Origin: Octopus vulgaris
Taxonomy: Eukaryota
Length of the DNA stretch: 64,000 nucleotides
NCBI GenBank assembly: GCA_951406725.2
Contig: OX597839.1
Span: 16,058,001-16,122,000, forward strand
Direction of reading: 5' to 3'
In this document: positions 49,701-63,613 of the stretch, in pieces
Position numbering within the stretch: the first letter of the stretch is position 1
Layout: the number at the start of each line of letters is the position of its first letter
Position numbers and translations under genes: made by a program
The notes under the pieces: model-generated
Seen by the model: only the letters and a program-made list of their open reading frames with translations
What the model was told of the DNA's origin: nothing
Databases searched by the model: none

Positions 49701-49785
49701 CTGTCAGAAGCAAGTCCTGAAGTCGTGTAAAGAGCTCATGGTCTCTGTCTAAGCGGTAGGGTGGTGGCGCGGCCATTCCAATTTG
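49701..49785 (-). CDS. NCAPD2: NCAPD2 exon
   Basis: QIGMAAPPPYRLDRDHELFTRLQDLL matches the CAP-D2 'PPFRLPQEHRLFERL' motif; tag|...|gtaag. Confidence 0.92.
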
Positions 49786-51554
49786 CTAGACAAAAGGAAG
49801 AAATAGCAAGAATGGTCACCTTTTATCTTTGACTTGTTTCAATCATTATTAGACTGTGGCCAGGGTGGAGCACCACTCTGAAGGATTTTAGTTGAACAAA
49901 CCAACCCAGTACTTGTTTCTAAGTCAGGTACTTATTTTATTGATATTTTTTACCAAACTGCTAAGTGACAGAGAGTAAACAAACCAACACGTGTTGCCAA
50001 GTAGTCGTGGAAGACAAACAAGAAGCTTGCTTCTCAAACGTATGGTTCCGGGTTCAGTTCCACTGCATGGCACTTTGGACAAGTGTCTTCTACTATAGCC
50101 TTGTGAGTGAATCTAGTAGATGGAAACTGAAAGAAGCCCATTGTGTATGTATTTGTGTTTGTCCCCCCCACCACCACCACTAGCGCTTGACTACTGATGT
50201 TAGTGTGCTTATGTCCCCGTAACTTAGCAGTTTGGCAAAAGAGACCGATAGAATAAGTACTAGGCTTAGAAAGAACAAGTCCAGGAGTTGATTTCTTTGA
50301 CTAAAAAACCCTTTAAGACAATGCTCCAGTATGGCCACAGTCAAGTAAAAGAATATACACACTCAACAGACTTTCACACAGTTTCTTTCTACCAAATTCA
50401 CTCATGAGGTATTGGTTGGCCCAGGGCTATAGAAGAGCAGCGTAGTGTGACTGAACCCCAAATCACATGGTCACAAAGCAAGCTTCTTGACCACACAGTC
50501 GGGCCCACATGTATGTTGGTGACATTTAAAAATTATTCTTATCATCACTGCTTAGTATGCTTATAATTGATTCCTTCCAGCTTAACCAAAGCTTTGCACA
50601 TGCCAGCAAATTTATCATTTGCTGTTTACATATAACAGCAGTTCTTAGGCTATGAATAACAAATTAGGTGTCTCTAACTAATGAAGCTTAACGATACAGA
50701 AACACTTGTCCTACAGGCTGATGGAATCATTTACAGCCTAAGATTTTGATGGGGTAGAGGTGGCTAGTCAATCACAGTGCTCAACTAGTACTTATTATTA
50801 TTGGTCCCCAAAAGATGAAAAGCAAAGTTGGCCTTGGTAGAATTTGAACTCAGAATGTAAAAAGTCATGAGAAATGCCACCAAGCATTTTGTCTGGTGTG
50901 CCAGTGATTCTGCAAAATTTGCTATCTTTCCATCTCCCAAAAATAATTATGTGAGACATTTATGGGGCTTTTATGTGGTTAATTGACCTGTTAGAAACAG
51001 CAGCCAATCTCCATCAAATTACACCCTACTGGCCACACTAGATAAAATAGTCCAAAATACACTTAAAAAAAAATTCATATTTGGAATACTTTTGACCAGA
51101 GCTGATCTGACAATAGTAAGTATAATGAAGAAACGGAGTCTCACTCTGGTTGCCTTACCTGCTAGAAATAGCAAGTGAAACTCCCTCAAATAAAAGGACA
51201 CTGAGTCCTATTGTTTGTTTTTGTTTTTCCAGTTTCAGCTCTTGAGCTGTGGCCATGCTGGGGCACCGCCATTGTGGTGAAAGAGTACAGCAGGGATCAC
51301 CACCCCCTGCCGGAGCCTCGTAGAGCTTTTAGGTGTTTTCGCTCAATAAACACACACAACGCCCGGTCTGAGAATCGAAACCGCGATCCTGCGACCGCGA
51401 GTTCGCTGCCCTAACCACTAGGCCATTGCGCCTCTACTTAAGAAAAGAACAACGTGGTCAACCCTGCAATGCCTTTGGTCATTAGCCATGGCTGACATAG
51501 GGCGAAACAATAATAACATGCAGTCATTTGACTTGTTGGAAACAGCAACCTTAA

Positions 51555-51749
51555 CCCTTTTGACACCAACCCGGCTGAAACCGGCCCTGGCTCTGTAGTA
51601 CAAATGTCTTGTTTTCATAACCTTAGTCACAATTTATGTTCCTGACACTAGTTTAATGATAACCAAGTTATTTTACTAAATTCTTTGTTGTATTCACAGT
51701 AATTGAAAGAAACACAGAGCATCTTAAAATAAATGCAGTAACAAAAGGG
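51555..51749. mobile_element. piggyBac-type MITE
   Basis: TTAA|CCCTTTTG...CAAAAGGG|TTAA. Confidence 0.7.
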
Positions 51750-52494
51750 TTAAATCAAACCCTACCGTCTTAAAAAAGGACCACTGGATTTAGCCATAGG
51801 TAAGTTGTTAAAAAAAATTAACACGGAATAGTCATGACTGGAATATCAGTTTGTTGAGCCTTCACAGGCACATGACTTAGCAGTTAAGGTATTCGACTTA
51901 CAATCAGAAGGTCATGAGTTTGATTCCTGGCGACGCGTTGTTATCCTTGAGCAAGACACTTTATTTCCTGTTGCTCCAGCTGGCAAAAGTGAGTTGTACC
52001 TGTAATTCAAAGGGCCAGCCTTGTCACATACTGTGTCATGCTGAATATCCCCGAGAAATACATTAAAATCTCACATATCTGTGAAGTGTTCAGCCACTTA
52101 CACATTAAATTTCACAAGCAGGATGTTCTGTTGACCAGATCAAGTGAAACCTTCATTCTTGTAACCAAAAGAGTGACAGATGGCAGAAATGTTAGCACGC
52201 CGGGCGAAATATGTAACCTTATTTTGCCTGCCGCTACATTCTGAGTTCAAATTCTGCCGAGGTCGACTTTGCCTTTCATCCTTTCGGGGTTGATTAAATA
52301 AGTACCAGTTATGCACTGGGGTCGATATAATCGACTTAATCCGTTTGTCTGTCCTTGTTTGTCCCCTCTGTGTTTAGCCCCTTGTGGGCAGTAAAGAACT
52401 AGATAGTCTATTCATCTAGAACTGCAATGGAGTCAAGCAGTAACAACAACAGCAACATGAAATGAAATTATATAAAAGTTAATTGAAGACAAAC

Positions 52495-52627
52495 CTTTTT
52501 GCCAGAACCAATCTTCATAAGAGCCAAACATGTATCCTTAGCAATTCTGAAATCTTTCTCAGCTCGTGGTCCCAGTCCCTCGCTAACAAGTACAGCGATA
52601 TTGCTTTTGATAATTTTAGAGTCACCC
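52495..52627 (-). CDS. NCAPD2: NCAPD2 exon
   Basis: GDSKIIKSNIAVLVSEGLGPRAEKDFRIAKDTCLALMKI; tag|...|gtttg. Confidence 0.9.
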
Positions 52628-53065
52628 CTAAAGTGTTGTTTAAAAAAGAGAAAAAGTTTTTAAGGTATTTTTAAGGGTTCATGAAAAAAATGTTATTTTG
52701 GTTGTGTTTATTGCAAGAAACAGCTGAGTCTCTTTCTCTAATGTTTTACATAGTTCAGCTTACATAAGTGAATGAGTGAAAACCAAAAGAGGAATTTTCA
52801 AAGAAGTATTTATAAAACATGCTTTTAAACATTGAATGACTGTTGGGCTCCACCAGAATAGAATATCAATCAAGGGTCCATAGGCAAAAAATGGTTGAGA
52901 ACCATGCACCAAATAGTAAACTGAAGATCCGCAATAATATTTTGAAGATCCATGAAAAAAAAAGTTATCCTTGGATGTATTTATTGTAACAAACAGCTAA
53001 GTTTCTTTCTTTAACGCTTTTTACATAGTTCAGCTTATACAAGCAAATGTGTGAAAAACAGAAGT

Positions 53066-53477
53066 GGATCTTTTCGGTTTGAACGGCAGTTTTTTTCTAG
53101 TGGTGTCATATGAAATTGTCACCCATAATTATGACCCTAGTATCGATCTATTGCATTTCAATCTGTTTTAGGGTTAGGGATGGGGGAAGGGTATCTTTTT
53201 TTCTTCAGAAATGTAAATAAACCCAATCTGTTTCTTAAACGAGGGACATATTCATACAGCACAGAATGCTTTTCACCTCAATAGACGTTAGTGATTAGTT
53301 GAAATTGCAGAAATTGAAGAAAAACAGCAACAAATATCTTACAAACTATAGAATTTTCTCAATAAGGCTAAGAGAAAAAGATGTTTTATAAACACATTCT
53401 ACCAGTATACGAAGTTTAAAAGTGTTTGGTTACGTGGAAATTATTTTAAAAAACTTCCGTTCAAACCAAAAAGATCC
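53066..53477. mobile_element. MITE with TIR GGATCTTTTCGGTTTGAACGG, nested in hAT/Charlie-like repeat
   Basis: Terminal inverted repeats; internal TTAGGGTTAGGG; host repeat ends ggtcgagaaccactg. Confidence 0.7.
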
Positions 53478-53655
53478 GAAGAAGTATCTATAAAACTAGT
53501 CTTTAGACATTGAATAGCTTTGTGGGTCCTCCAGAATACAATAGTAATTTAAGGGGTCCATAGGCAAAAAATGGTCGAGAACCACTGATTTATGCTGTTT
53601 AGTATACTAAAAGAATAAAATGATTACAAAGGACTTTGAAGCACTTCACACTTAC

Positions 53656-53792
53656 CCAGCAGCCATCATGAGTAAATTCAATGCAGTACGACTCTCATCA
53701 GGGGTGGTACGAGGGATCTTCATGGCAAACCTTTCCCATAACACCTGGATGACGGAAATGTGCAAATCTCCAGATTTCATGAAATTTGCTAT
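53656..53792 (-). CDS. NCAPD2: NCAPD2 exon
   Basis: IANFMKSGDLHISVIQVLWERF...ALNLLMMAAG; cag|...|gtaag. Confidence 0.92.
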
Positions 53793-54212
53793 CTGCAAAC
53801 AGAAACACCACATCTCATTGACAGCAGAGAGAAACATCTAACAACGGTTTAAAATTTTGGTACAAGGCCAACAAGTTCGTGGAGAGGGGGTAAGTCGATT
53901 GCAATGACCACAGTACACAACTGGTACTTATTTTATCAGGCCCCAAGAAAACGAAAGGCAAAGTGGACTTTGGCGGAATTTGAATGTAAAGATGGACAAA
54001 ATACCGCTAAGCATTTTGGCCAGCATATTAATGATTCTGCCAACTCTCTGCATCAATTAATTGTAATTTTGGTTTCAAATTTTTAGCACAAGGCCAGCAA
54101 GTTTGGTGGGAGGGTGTAAGTCAATTATGTCGACCCCCAGTACTAAACTAGTACTTATTTTATTAGACCTCGAACAGATGCAGTGCAAAGTTGCCCTCGG
54201 TGGAATTTGAAC

Positions 54213-54680
54213 TGTTACGCTAAATGTAAACAAAGCAAAAGAAAGGATAGTTTGTGATTTCCCACAACCTTAAATGAAATTAAGGCCTATTTTGCCATAA
54301 ATATTATTATGAGTATCAGAAAGTTACCCAGAATAACAAATTCTATAGTAAAATTTTGTTGTATACCCAATTGAATATTAGCTAATAACCCAGTTTCTAT
54401 AGCGATGTTTGAACAAAAATTTTAATAATTTTATATTTTGTTGAATTTACCTGTATTTACCTGTATCTACCTGCAATTAGAGTCACTTTGTGACATAAAT
54501 TATAGTTTAGAATTGGTTGAGAACATTTCATTAAATTATCTTCCAAAAATCACATTAATATATTGATAAATAAAAAAGTTATAGTTGTTTAATGAAACCA
54601 GACTAAATTTATGATTATGTTAGAAATTAATTGAAACACATAAGGGGTGTATTTTGGTCAGAAATATAGTAACGAAAGGG
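54213..54680 (+). mobile_element. piggyBac 3' fragment (same family as 47513)
   Basis: Near-identical to 48085-48530, ends GTAACGAAAGGG|TTAA. Confidence 0.85.
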
Positions 54681-56157
54681 TTAATGTCTGCTCTCCATGC
54701 TGGCAGGGTTTGGACGGTTTGATATGGAGCCGGCCAGACTCCAGCTGTCTGCAGAGGTATGGTTTCCATAGCTGGATACCTTCCTAAAGCCAGCCACTAA
54801 ACAGAATGTACTGGGTGCTTTTTACATGCCACTAGTACGGGTGCATTTATGTAGCACCAGTATAGGTGCTTTTCAGTGGTGCCAGCACCCGAAGGGACAA
54901 GCCTGTATGCATGGAAGGCTTGTATGAACATTTATAAATATTGCTTTAACCCTTCAGCATTTAAACTGGCCGTATTTGGCCAAAATATTCTACCTGTTTT
55001 ATCTTCAAACTGGTCAGATCTGGCCTTTCACACCTAACTCAGTGTCGTTTTACAAATTAACAATCACATCATCGAAATCTCAAAGCTATGAAATAATGCA
55101 TAATTAATTCAAAATTATACAATTACTTCAGCATTACATTTGACAGAATAATCTGAACACTAAAGAGTTCATCATCATCATCGTCTGCTTTCCATGCTAG
55201 CATGGGTTGGACGATTATGACTGAGGGCTGGCGAACCAGATGGCTGCACCAGGCTCCAATCTTGATTTGGCAGAGTTTCTACAGCTTGATGCCCTTCCCA
55301 ACGCCAACCACTCCGAGAGTGCAGTGGGTGCCTTTTACGTGCCACCGGCACGGGGGCCAGTCAGGTGGTACTGGCAACGACCTTGCTTGAATCCTTTTAC
55401 ACATGCCACCAGTACAGGTGCCAGTAAGGCGACGATGATAACGATCAAGCTTGAATGGTGCCCTTTTACGTGCCACTGGCACAGAAGCCAGTTGGCTGCT
55501 CTGGCAACGATCACGCTTGGATGGTGCTCTAAAGGGTTAAAAATGGAAATCATCATCATTTAATGTCTGTTTTCCATGCTGGCATGGGTTGGACAGTTTG
55601 ACAGGAGCTGACCAGCTGAAGGTCTGTTCAGGCTCCATAGTCTCTTTTGACATGGTTTCTATGACATCCACCTCACAGAATGTACTGGGTACTTTTACAC
55701 AGCACCAGCACAGGTGCTTTTTATGTGGCACCAGCACCAATGAGGTTGCGAGATTAGGGATGCTCAGCAGGAGAGGCTTGCAGGGGGTGAGCCTGTAAGC
55801 AAGGACAGCCATGCTTTTACTTACTTAGACATGTTTTTTCAAGCACAGCAAACCACCAGGAATCTCGGTCCCGTCGTTTCCTCTGTGAGTCTCAACATCT
55901 GTAGGTCTTTTCCCACATCTTCCTGGTTATACCCCTCCCACATGTTCACTCTACAATTACAGATTGGCACCTCTTGATGCAACTGTCTTCATTCATATGC
56001 ACTAAATGGCCATAACAGTGTAGTCTTCTCTCTTGTACACTACATCCTTATGAGCCTGGCATGGCTCGAGAAGGAACATTTTATTTATTATTATACCCAA
56101 TTTTTCTCTCAAATCACTTACACACTTATGCATACTGATATTACCCATCCGGTGAAA

Positions 56158-56600
56158 TCATCATCATCATCGTTTAACGTCCGTTCTCCATGCTAGCATG
56201 GGTTGGACGGTTCGACCGGGGATCTGGGAAGCCAGAAGGCTGCACCAGGCTCCAGTCTTATCCTACAGCTGGATGCCCTTCCTAACGCCAACCACTCCGT
56301 GAGTGTAGTGGGTGCTTTTTACGTGCCACCTGCACAGATGCCAGGCGAGGCTGGCAACGGCCACGGTCGGATTGGTGCATTTTACGTGCCACCGGCATGG
56401 AAGCCAGTCGAGGTGACACTGGCTTCAGCCACGATTCGGATGGAGCTTTTCACGTGCCACCGGCATGGAAGCCAGTCGAGGTGACACTGGCTTCGGCCAC
56501 GATTCGGATGGTGCTTTTTACGTGCCACCAGCACGGAAGCAAGTCGAGGCAGCGCTGGCATCAGCCACGATTCTGATAGTGCTTTTTACGTACCACCAGT
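56158..56600 (-). mobile_element. SINE family C with (ATG)n tail (copies ~6310-6577, 9550-9860, 41900-42275, 47040-47280, 55170-55535, 58985-59420, 63335-63530)
   Basis: ggttggcgttaggaagggcatccagc core; variable-number internal ggcacgtaaaaagcacc repeats; (GAT)n tail. Confidence 0.8.
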
Positions 56601-56677
56601 CAACGTATTCTAAACCACATAAATTAAGATGGGATGGAGGTGGGGTGGAGAAGACAGAGGGGTAGACAAACACTAAC

Positions 56678-56762
56678 CACAGCATCCAGTGAAATTAACT
56701 CTTCCAAAGAAATATTTTTCATCAGGGTCGTTAGATTATCAACCACTTTGAGAGCTTTGCTC
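56678..56762 (-). CDS. NCAPD2: NCAPD2 exon
   Basis: RSKALKVVDNLTTLMKNISLEELISLDAV; cag|...|gttag; phases 2/0 fit neighbours. Confidence 0.88.
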
Positions 56763-57336
56763 CTGAAATTAGACAGAGAAAAAAATATTTAGGGAGGCAA
56801 ATTTAAAAATTAAATGAAGAGAAGACAAAAAGAAAAACAAGGAATGAAATTAGTAATTTCTTTGCTGATCAAAAGGAACTCCTGTTAGCTAAACCAATAG
56901 GATAAAGTAAATATTAGAATATGAGATGACAGTTAATGACTGCGTATGTCAGTGATTAAGGCATATAAAAGAGTGTTTCTCATTAGAGTTGGATCCAAAA
57001 CCTGAATTGGGTGGGGAGGAAAACAAACGTTAAATGTGATGGTTTCCAAGTATGTTGTATAGTGTACTTCTCAAACAGGTTATATTCCCTTTTCCACAAG
57101 GCAATCAAATTTATCCCACTTTTGTAGTTTCTATGTCTTGTTGAGTTCAGACCCAATGCATGGCACTGGGTAAGTGTCTTCTACTATAGTTCTGGACTAA
57201 CTAAAACCTTGTGAGTGCCTTGATAGATGGAAAATAAAAGAAGCTTATCTTGGATGTATGCATGTGTGTGCTCTCTGCAGATCTTCTATAGAAATTAGAG
57301 ACAGCATTGAAAGTTACAATGTTTCATATACAAATA

Positions 57337-57651
57337 CTAGCACTATGACCCGGCGTACATATACACACATACACACGAGTACTGTCCAAATCTCCGACCA
57401 ATCACATACAGCTAGCTGGCATTCAATTGGCGTATCAAGTTTCGGGCATTTTGATTGGGTTTTGGATAGAAAATTCACTTCTATTGATTTTTTAATGGCT
57501 TTGCGGGGTGACTGGGGAAATGTAAAGATGTGCACAACCACCCTTGGGCGGTTTTGAATGACCATAGAAAGTGCGAGCCCTCTAACTGAAAAATTGTGGA
57601 TTTGTATAAAGGACACGCACACAGACATTTTGCCGTTTATATATATAGAGA
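57337..57651 (-). mobile_element. Non-autonomous Helitron
   Basis: Minus-strand TCTCTATATATATAAA start and gccgggtc...CTAG end. Confidence 0.6.
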
Positions 57652-57944
57652 TGTAAACAATGCAATCAAAGATTACCTATTTTTCTACCTTTAATCACAT
57701 TGTCTACTGAGACATATTTATGTTACAAAACACTGTAAAACTTATGTACAAAACACAAACCACAGAAAATTTGTAGAGAGAATTTTAAAAATTGATTGAA
57801 TTGCACTGCTAACACAAGTAGGATACAGTATTGACCTGTAAGCCTTTAATGTACTTGATAGTATATTTTGGTTGCAAAACCAAAATATGGTGTCCTTACA
57901 AGCAGTTAGTGTGTTTACATATGTGTGTAATAATAAATAAAATG

Positions 57945-58190
57945 TTCTTTCTTGAGCCATGCCAGGCTCATAAGGGCCGGTTTCCTGGTTTCAGTGGCGA
58001 ATAAATTCCCCACCTGGATGGGATGCCGGTCCGTCGCAGGATTACTCATTTTTGCCAGCTGAGTGGACTGGAGCAACTTGAAATGAAGTGTTTTGCTCAA
58101 GAACACAACGCATCGCCCAGTCCAGGAATCAAAACCACAACCTTACAATCATGAGTTCAACACCCTAACCACTAAGCCATGTGCCTCCAC
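57945..58190 (-). mobile_element. tRNA-derived SINE family D (copies ~2510-2760, 7400-7660, 51865-52160, 63850-64000)
   Basis: gtggaggc.catggcttagtggttagg head; cttgagcaaaacactt core. Confidence 0.75.
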
Positions 58191-58483
58191 ACATATGTGT
58201 ATATATGTATGCGTGTGTGTGTGTGTGTGTGCGCGTGTTGGTGGATACTTTGTTTTAATATGTGATGATTATAAATGAGCATGACAGTTATACAATGTTG
58301 TTCATTTTCTGTCATCCATGGGGAAATATATTACCTGGCTTAGAAATAAGTGAGGGTTAGCAACAGGAAGAACTGCAGAGAAAAAAAAAGCAATCTGTCT
58401 TAACAAATTATATCTGACTCATGCAAGCATGGAAAAGCGGATGTTAAATAATGAAAGAAGAGAAATTACACGCACACACTCAC

Positions 58484-58740
58484 CTTTCATTTTCTGCATC
58501 AAGATTCAAATAGATTTTTTTGTAAGCATTCACAGCTGCTTCTTTGATTGTACTGTCCTTTGAAGAGTTAAGCAACAACAAGACCTTACGGATACCAACT
58601 AAGCTATGGGGCATTCCAAAGGCAAAGCTTGTTACAAAGAATTCAATTGCTTCAAGGATGTCAGAGTTCACCTTGGAATGTAACATCCGACACAGAATTG
58701 GAATGGCTTCTTTCACCTGACCACTAAATGTCAAAGAATC
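58484..58740 (-). CDS. NCAPD2: NCAPD2 exon
   Basis: DSLTFSGQVKEAIPILCRMLHSK...EAIEFFVTSFAFG...KEAAVNAYKKIYLN, CAP-D2-like; cag|...|gtgag. Confidence 0.93.
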
Positions 58741-59503
58741 CTGAAATGAAATCATTCAGAGGGTTAGGTCAGTACTGGAATGTTTTAACATCAGTGTTTA
58801 TCCCCACAAAAGCTATTTATTTACTTATTATTAAATATGATAATATAAATTATTTGCATGTCTTTGAGTTACGAAACAATTTGTTGTGATATTAAGATTT
58901 TTCTTATTGTTAAATAAAAGTTCATCGAAATATTTCTCTGTAATTTATGACTTTGTATATATATACATCTTCAACCATCAGTACCCCATGCTAGTAGGGT
59001 GCTAAGAGCACCATCTGAGCGTGATCGTTGCCAGAGTGGCTAACTAGCTGCCGTGCCGGTGGCATGTAGGAGGCACCATTCGAGCTGGATCGTTACCAGC
59101 ATCGCCTTACTGGCACCTGTGCTGTTGGTATGTGTAAAAAGTTCGAGCGAGGTCATTGCCAGTACCGCCTGACTGGCCCATGCATAAAAATTCGAGCGTG
59201 GTCGTTGCCAGTACCACCCGACTGGCTCCTGTGCCGGTGGCACGTAAAAGCACCCACTACACTCTCGGAGTGGTTGGCGTTAGGAAGGGCATCCAGCTGT
59301 AGAAACTCTGCCAGATCAAGACTGGAGCTTGGGGCAGCCATCTGGTTCGCCAGCCCACAGTCGAACCGTCCAACCCATGCTAGCATGGAAAGCAGACGTT
59401 AAACGATGATGATGATGATCAGTACCTTCCCCACGTCCAAAGGTCAGCCGGTCAAGATTATTGTTCCCTCTGTTGTGCTGCATGCATACAACTAACCAGG
59501 CTT

Positions 59504-59562
<59 letters not shown>

Positions 59563-59784
59563 TAGTGCATGTGATATGGCCATGGCATGACACGATAATT
59601 ATAAATGATCATTAGTCATACAAGAGATGTCCTTCATTTCCAATATCTCTCAAAAACATGTCCAACCATACAAAAATCTACCCTTACATGGAAACAGATT
59701 AAAGCTGGTGACAGGAAGTCACCTGGCGGTGGAAAATCTGCCTCAATAAATTCTATCTAATCCATGCAAGTATGAAACAGTGGA

Positions 59785-59817
<33 letters not shown>

Positions 59818-59866
59818 GATGATGATGATGATAATAAAGTAGCTGAAAATTACTTGTAAAGTTTAC

Positions 59867-59964
59867 CTTTAAATATAGGACTAAAACTTGCTGCTTCGAC
59901 AGATCATTAACTTCCACTTCACTGCTTTGAATGGGATTGACAGCTGCTTTAGGCACACCCAACA
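59867..59964 (-). CDS. NCAPD2: NCAPD2 exon
   Basis: ag|...|gtaaa; VLGVPKAAVNPIQSSEVEVNDLSKQQVLVLYLK resembles CAP-D2 'ELSKQEMLVQYLQ'. Confidence 0.85.
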
Positions 59965-60177
59965 CTAGGTGTTTTCCTTGTAAAAAATTGTCAAGAAATA
60001 AAATAAATTAAAAGTAAAATATAATAAATCCCTCATTTCTTAAAAAATGCTGAACTTAGAAAAATTACACACACAATGACTTGTAAGGTCCTGAGTGTCA
60101 GTGGGCTTTCACATAACTTTTTACTCGTTGCTCATGTACAAATGTTTGCATATATACATCAATATATACATTCATAA

Positions 60178-60208
<31 letters not shown>

Positions 60209-62059
60209 CATACATACATACATATATATATATAGATTGACTATAATTTTAATTCGAATTTTTAATTGAATTGAAACTTAATTGTAATTCAAATTTAATT
60301 ATAGCCATGAAACGTACGTAGTGTTTTTACTTATTATATTATATTATATTTAACTGTTTGGTTTGTTTTTGTTTTTTTTAAATTAAAAGTTTAAAAATAT
60401 TAAAATTTATAAATATAAATTTTAAAATTTCAAATTTTAATAATTTAAATTTTATATATATATTGTATATTATATTAATTATATTTATTTATTGTTTTTA
60501 TGTTTTGGTTTATGACTATCACTGTTTGAGTTGCCTAACAGTGGTTATACCTCTAATTTAATTTATATATATATATTTTATGGTATTTATCTATTTATTT
60601 ATTCTTTTATTTATATGTAGATATATACATACATATCCATTATTTATTAAAAATATATATATATATGTATACATGTTTTTACTTATATTTTCGTTTTTAA
60701 TTATTTCATCTTATTTTATTTTATTACATTTTATTTTTAAGTAATAACAACTATTAACTTATAATTAATTTAATTTATAATTATTTACTTATATACTATT
60801 TATTGGTAAGTCCTGTTAATTACTATATATGTATTTATACGTCCACTGATATTATTTAATGCTAAATCCTGTTAATTATTATATATGTATTTATGTGTCC
60901 ACTGATACTTAAAAATATATATATATAAGTACTACGAATGTTTACATACACATCATATGTGAAAGTATATAGTATATATATGTTTGTTGTTACACACAAG
61001 TATACATATGGATATGTAGATGTGAGTATAATTCTCTTAGTTCGTTGGTGAGAGTTTAAATAGGAATATAATAGTAATGTAATAATACTAGACTTCTTAC
61101 GTAGTGGAGTTATCTGTATAAGTTATAAGGAGTTATTTTGATTATATATCTTAGAATATTAGCGTATTTTGACTTTTTACAATTAATTTCTTATAATTTA
61201 ATTAATATAAACCTCTGTTAACTTAGTATATATGTATTTTTATGTCTTTTGATAGACAAACATAAACCGGTATTCTATATTTTATAATTTAGTAAATGTT
61301 TGAAGGGAAACATAGTGGTGATGATGCGGACATTTTGGTTCTGAAATGTTTTGTTTACGAAAAATACGGTGTCACATGAACTATGTACCTTATGACAAAT
61401 TACACTCTCCATCTAGGTATAATTATATGTATGATTGCATTTACGGATTTATGGACATATGTGAGTGGATCTGTTTGTAAACACTTAATGTATAGATGGG
61501 ATAGTACCTCTTATGTTATTTATTTATGATTTGGTTGTGTATGTGGGTATGTGTGTGTGTATGTGTGTGTAAACATATGACTGTCTGTACGTGCGCACGT
61601 TTTGTGGATGTGCGTGCGCGTGTGTATGTTTCCTAGCTAACTAACCGTAAAATTTCTATTGTAATTCAAATTTAAAAGTATAGGCCAATCGAATGCATCT
61701 GTGAAAATTAAAACCATGCAAACAGAGGAATTCGACTGATTGCATATATATGCGGATGTCCGCTTGCATTGGATGGTACCGTGGTGGTGGTATTAACTTT
61801 ATTGGCTTTTTGTGAAGTGACACATTTTAATATATTGAACTGTTTAATATATATGCCTGCATTGAGTGTGAGTGTGTCTGTTGTGGTTTCTTGATGTTGG
61901 TTGAGGAGCTGTGGCATTCAATATGGAACATTATTGTGTTTGTTGATGTATATTGATCTATATTGTTTATATTGTATTATTGTGTATATGTATATATATA
62001 TGTAAGAATATGAGTATGTATGCACTCATATTTATATTTATATGTAAATTATTTTAGGG

Positions 62060-62193
62060 TTTGCATTAGAATCTCCGAAGAGGCTGTAAGATATTCTTGT
62101 TAATGTCTCATTTATACCTGCATTATATGGCTAATAGGTTAAATGAGACATACCTATCTTCACGGCCGAAACAGCTGTCAGTTATAATGTAAA
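62060..62193 (+). ncRNA. Type I hammerhead motif with extended stem II (U4C core change)
   Basis: tttgcattagaatct-CCGAAGA-ggctgt...acggcc-GAAA-cagctg-TC-agttataatgtaaa; inner helix atgtctcattta/taaatgagacat. Confidence 0.72.
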
Positions 62194-62611
62194 TGTATTT
62201 TTGTATCTTGTTATATTTATTTAGTTATATCTCACCATATTGTTTGTAATTATTGTACTGTATTAATGTCTAATCTCATTGCTATTGTGTAGTGTTTTAA
62301 TAAAGTATATGATTCGGTATTATCTGATAGTTGATGATTGATTTAGATATATTTCTCCATTTTCTCATTTTGTATATATATATATGTGCATATTAAATGT
62401 ATCTTATTGTCTCCTACTCTTGACAATTGTAAACGAGTGTTGCTTCCAGGTAAGTGATGTCCTTTTTTTCTAATCTGCTGTGTAATCATGTCTGGTCATG
62501 GGGAAATATTACCTTAATTAGAATCAGGTGAGGATTGTTGACAGGAAGGGCATCCGGTCAAAGAAAATCTTCCTCAACAAGTTCTGTTGTACCCATGCTC
62601 GTATGAAAAAG

Positions 62612-62826
62612 TGGATGCTGAAAAGTTCCTGGTTTCAAGGATATTGTGAAAGGCCTGGTTGGAGGCCTAACCTTCCAAGTTCTTTTACAGGGCTGAGAAA
62701 AACTGACGGACTGTTGCAGTAAGTGTGTAAATCTGAGAGGAGAGTGTGTTTTAAAAAAATCATAATTAACTGATCCTCCTGTATTTTCTTTTACCCAAAT
62801 CAGGAAATTATCAGCACCCCTTTATA
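62612..62826. mobile_element. mariner-type MITE
   Basis: gctgaaaagttcctgg / caggaaattatcagcacccc inverted ends. Confidence 0.5.
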
Positions 62827-63539
62827 TGTTTAAATATAAAGACCTGTCTATTATTCTGTATATATCAAGCACATATATATGTTAACATATCAATAAATGC
62901 TCTCTTAATCATTCTTTGCGGTTGTGTCTCTTTCTGGCATTTATTTGTTCCATTCAATTTTGCTTTATTGTAAGGGCAGTGTGATGTGGTACAAAAGAGC
63001 CATTCTCGTCACCTCACATCGCACGGCCCTTACATGTTCTTGAGCAAGACACTTTATTTCATGCTGCTGCAGTTCAGTCAGCTGTAGAAATGAGTAGTGA
63101 CATCACTGATGCCAAGCTGTATCAGCCTTTACCTTTCCGTTGGACAACATCAGTGGCATGTACAGGGGAGACTGGTATGCATGGGTGACTGCTGGTCTTC
63201 CATAAACAACCTTGCTTGGACCTGTACCTTGGAAGAGAACTTTCTAGGGGCAATCCTATGGTCCTTCATGACCAAAGGGAATCTTTAAGTCAACAATAGA
63301 ATTAATTCTATATAAATATAAATCCTTCACAGATTTGTGCCGGTGGCACGTAAAAAGCACCCACACAACACTCACGGAGTGGTTGGCGTTAGGAAGGGCA
63401 TCCAGCCGTAGAAACATTGCCAGATCAGACTGGGCCTGGTGCAGCCTTCTGGCTTCCCAGACCCCAGTTGAACCGTCCAACCCATGCTAGCATGGAAAGC
63501 AGACGTTAAACGATGATGATGATGATGATGATTCCTCAC

Positions 63540-63613
63540 CTAAATAGACATCTTTCAATCCTTTTACAACAACTTCCACAGGAACATCACTTTCATCTTT
63601 AGTTTCTTTTGAA
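63540..63613 (-). CDS. NCAPD2: NCAPD2 internal exon (first in window; gene continues beyond the window end)
   Basis: ttttgcag|...|gtgag boundaries; SKETKDESDVPVEVVVKGLKDVYL; phase matches next exon. Confidence 0.75.

Noticed and set aside
51240-51436. tRNA-like sequence on the minus strand
   Set aside because: tRNA-derived SINE head joined to a SINE body, not a tRNA gene
53165-53190. TTAGGGTTAGGG telomere-like repeat
   Set aside because: Only two units, internal to a MITE; not an interstitial telomere
29450-63540. Intronic scaRNA (vertebrate NCAPD2 hosts SCARNA10/U85)
   Set aside because: No convincing box C/D-H/ACA sequence seen by eye; an Infernal/Rfam scan would be needed
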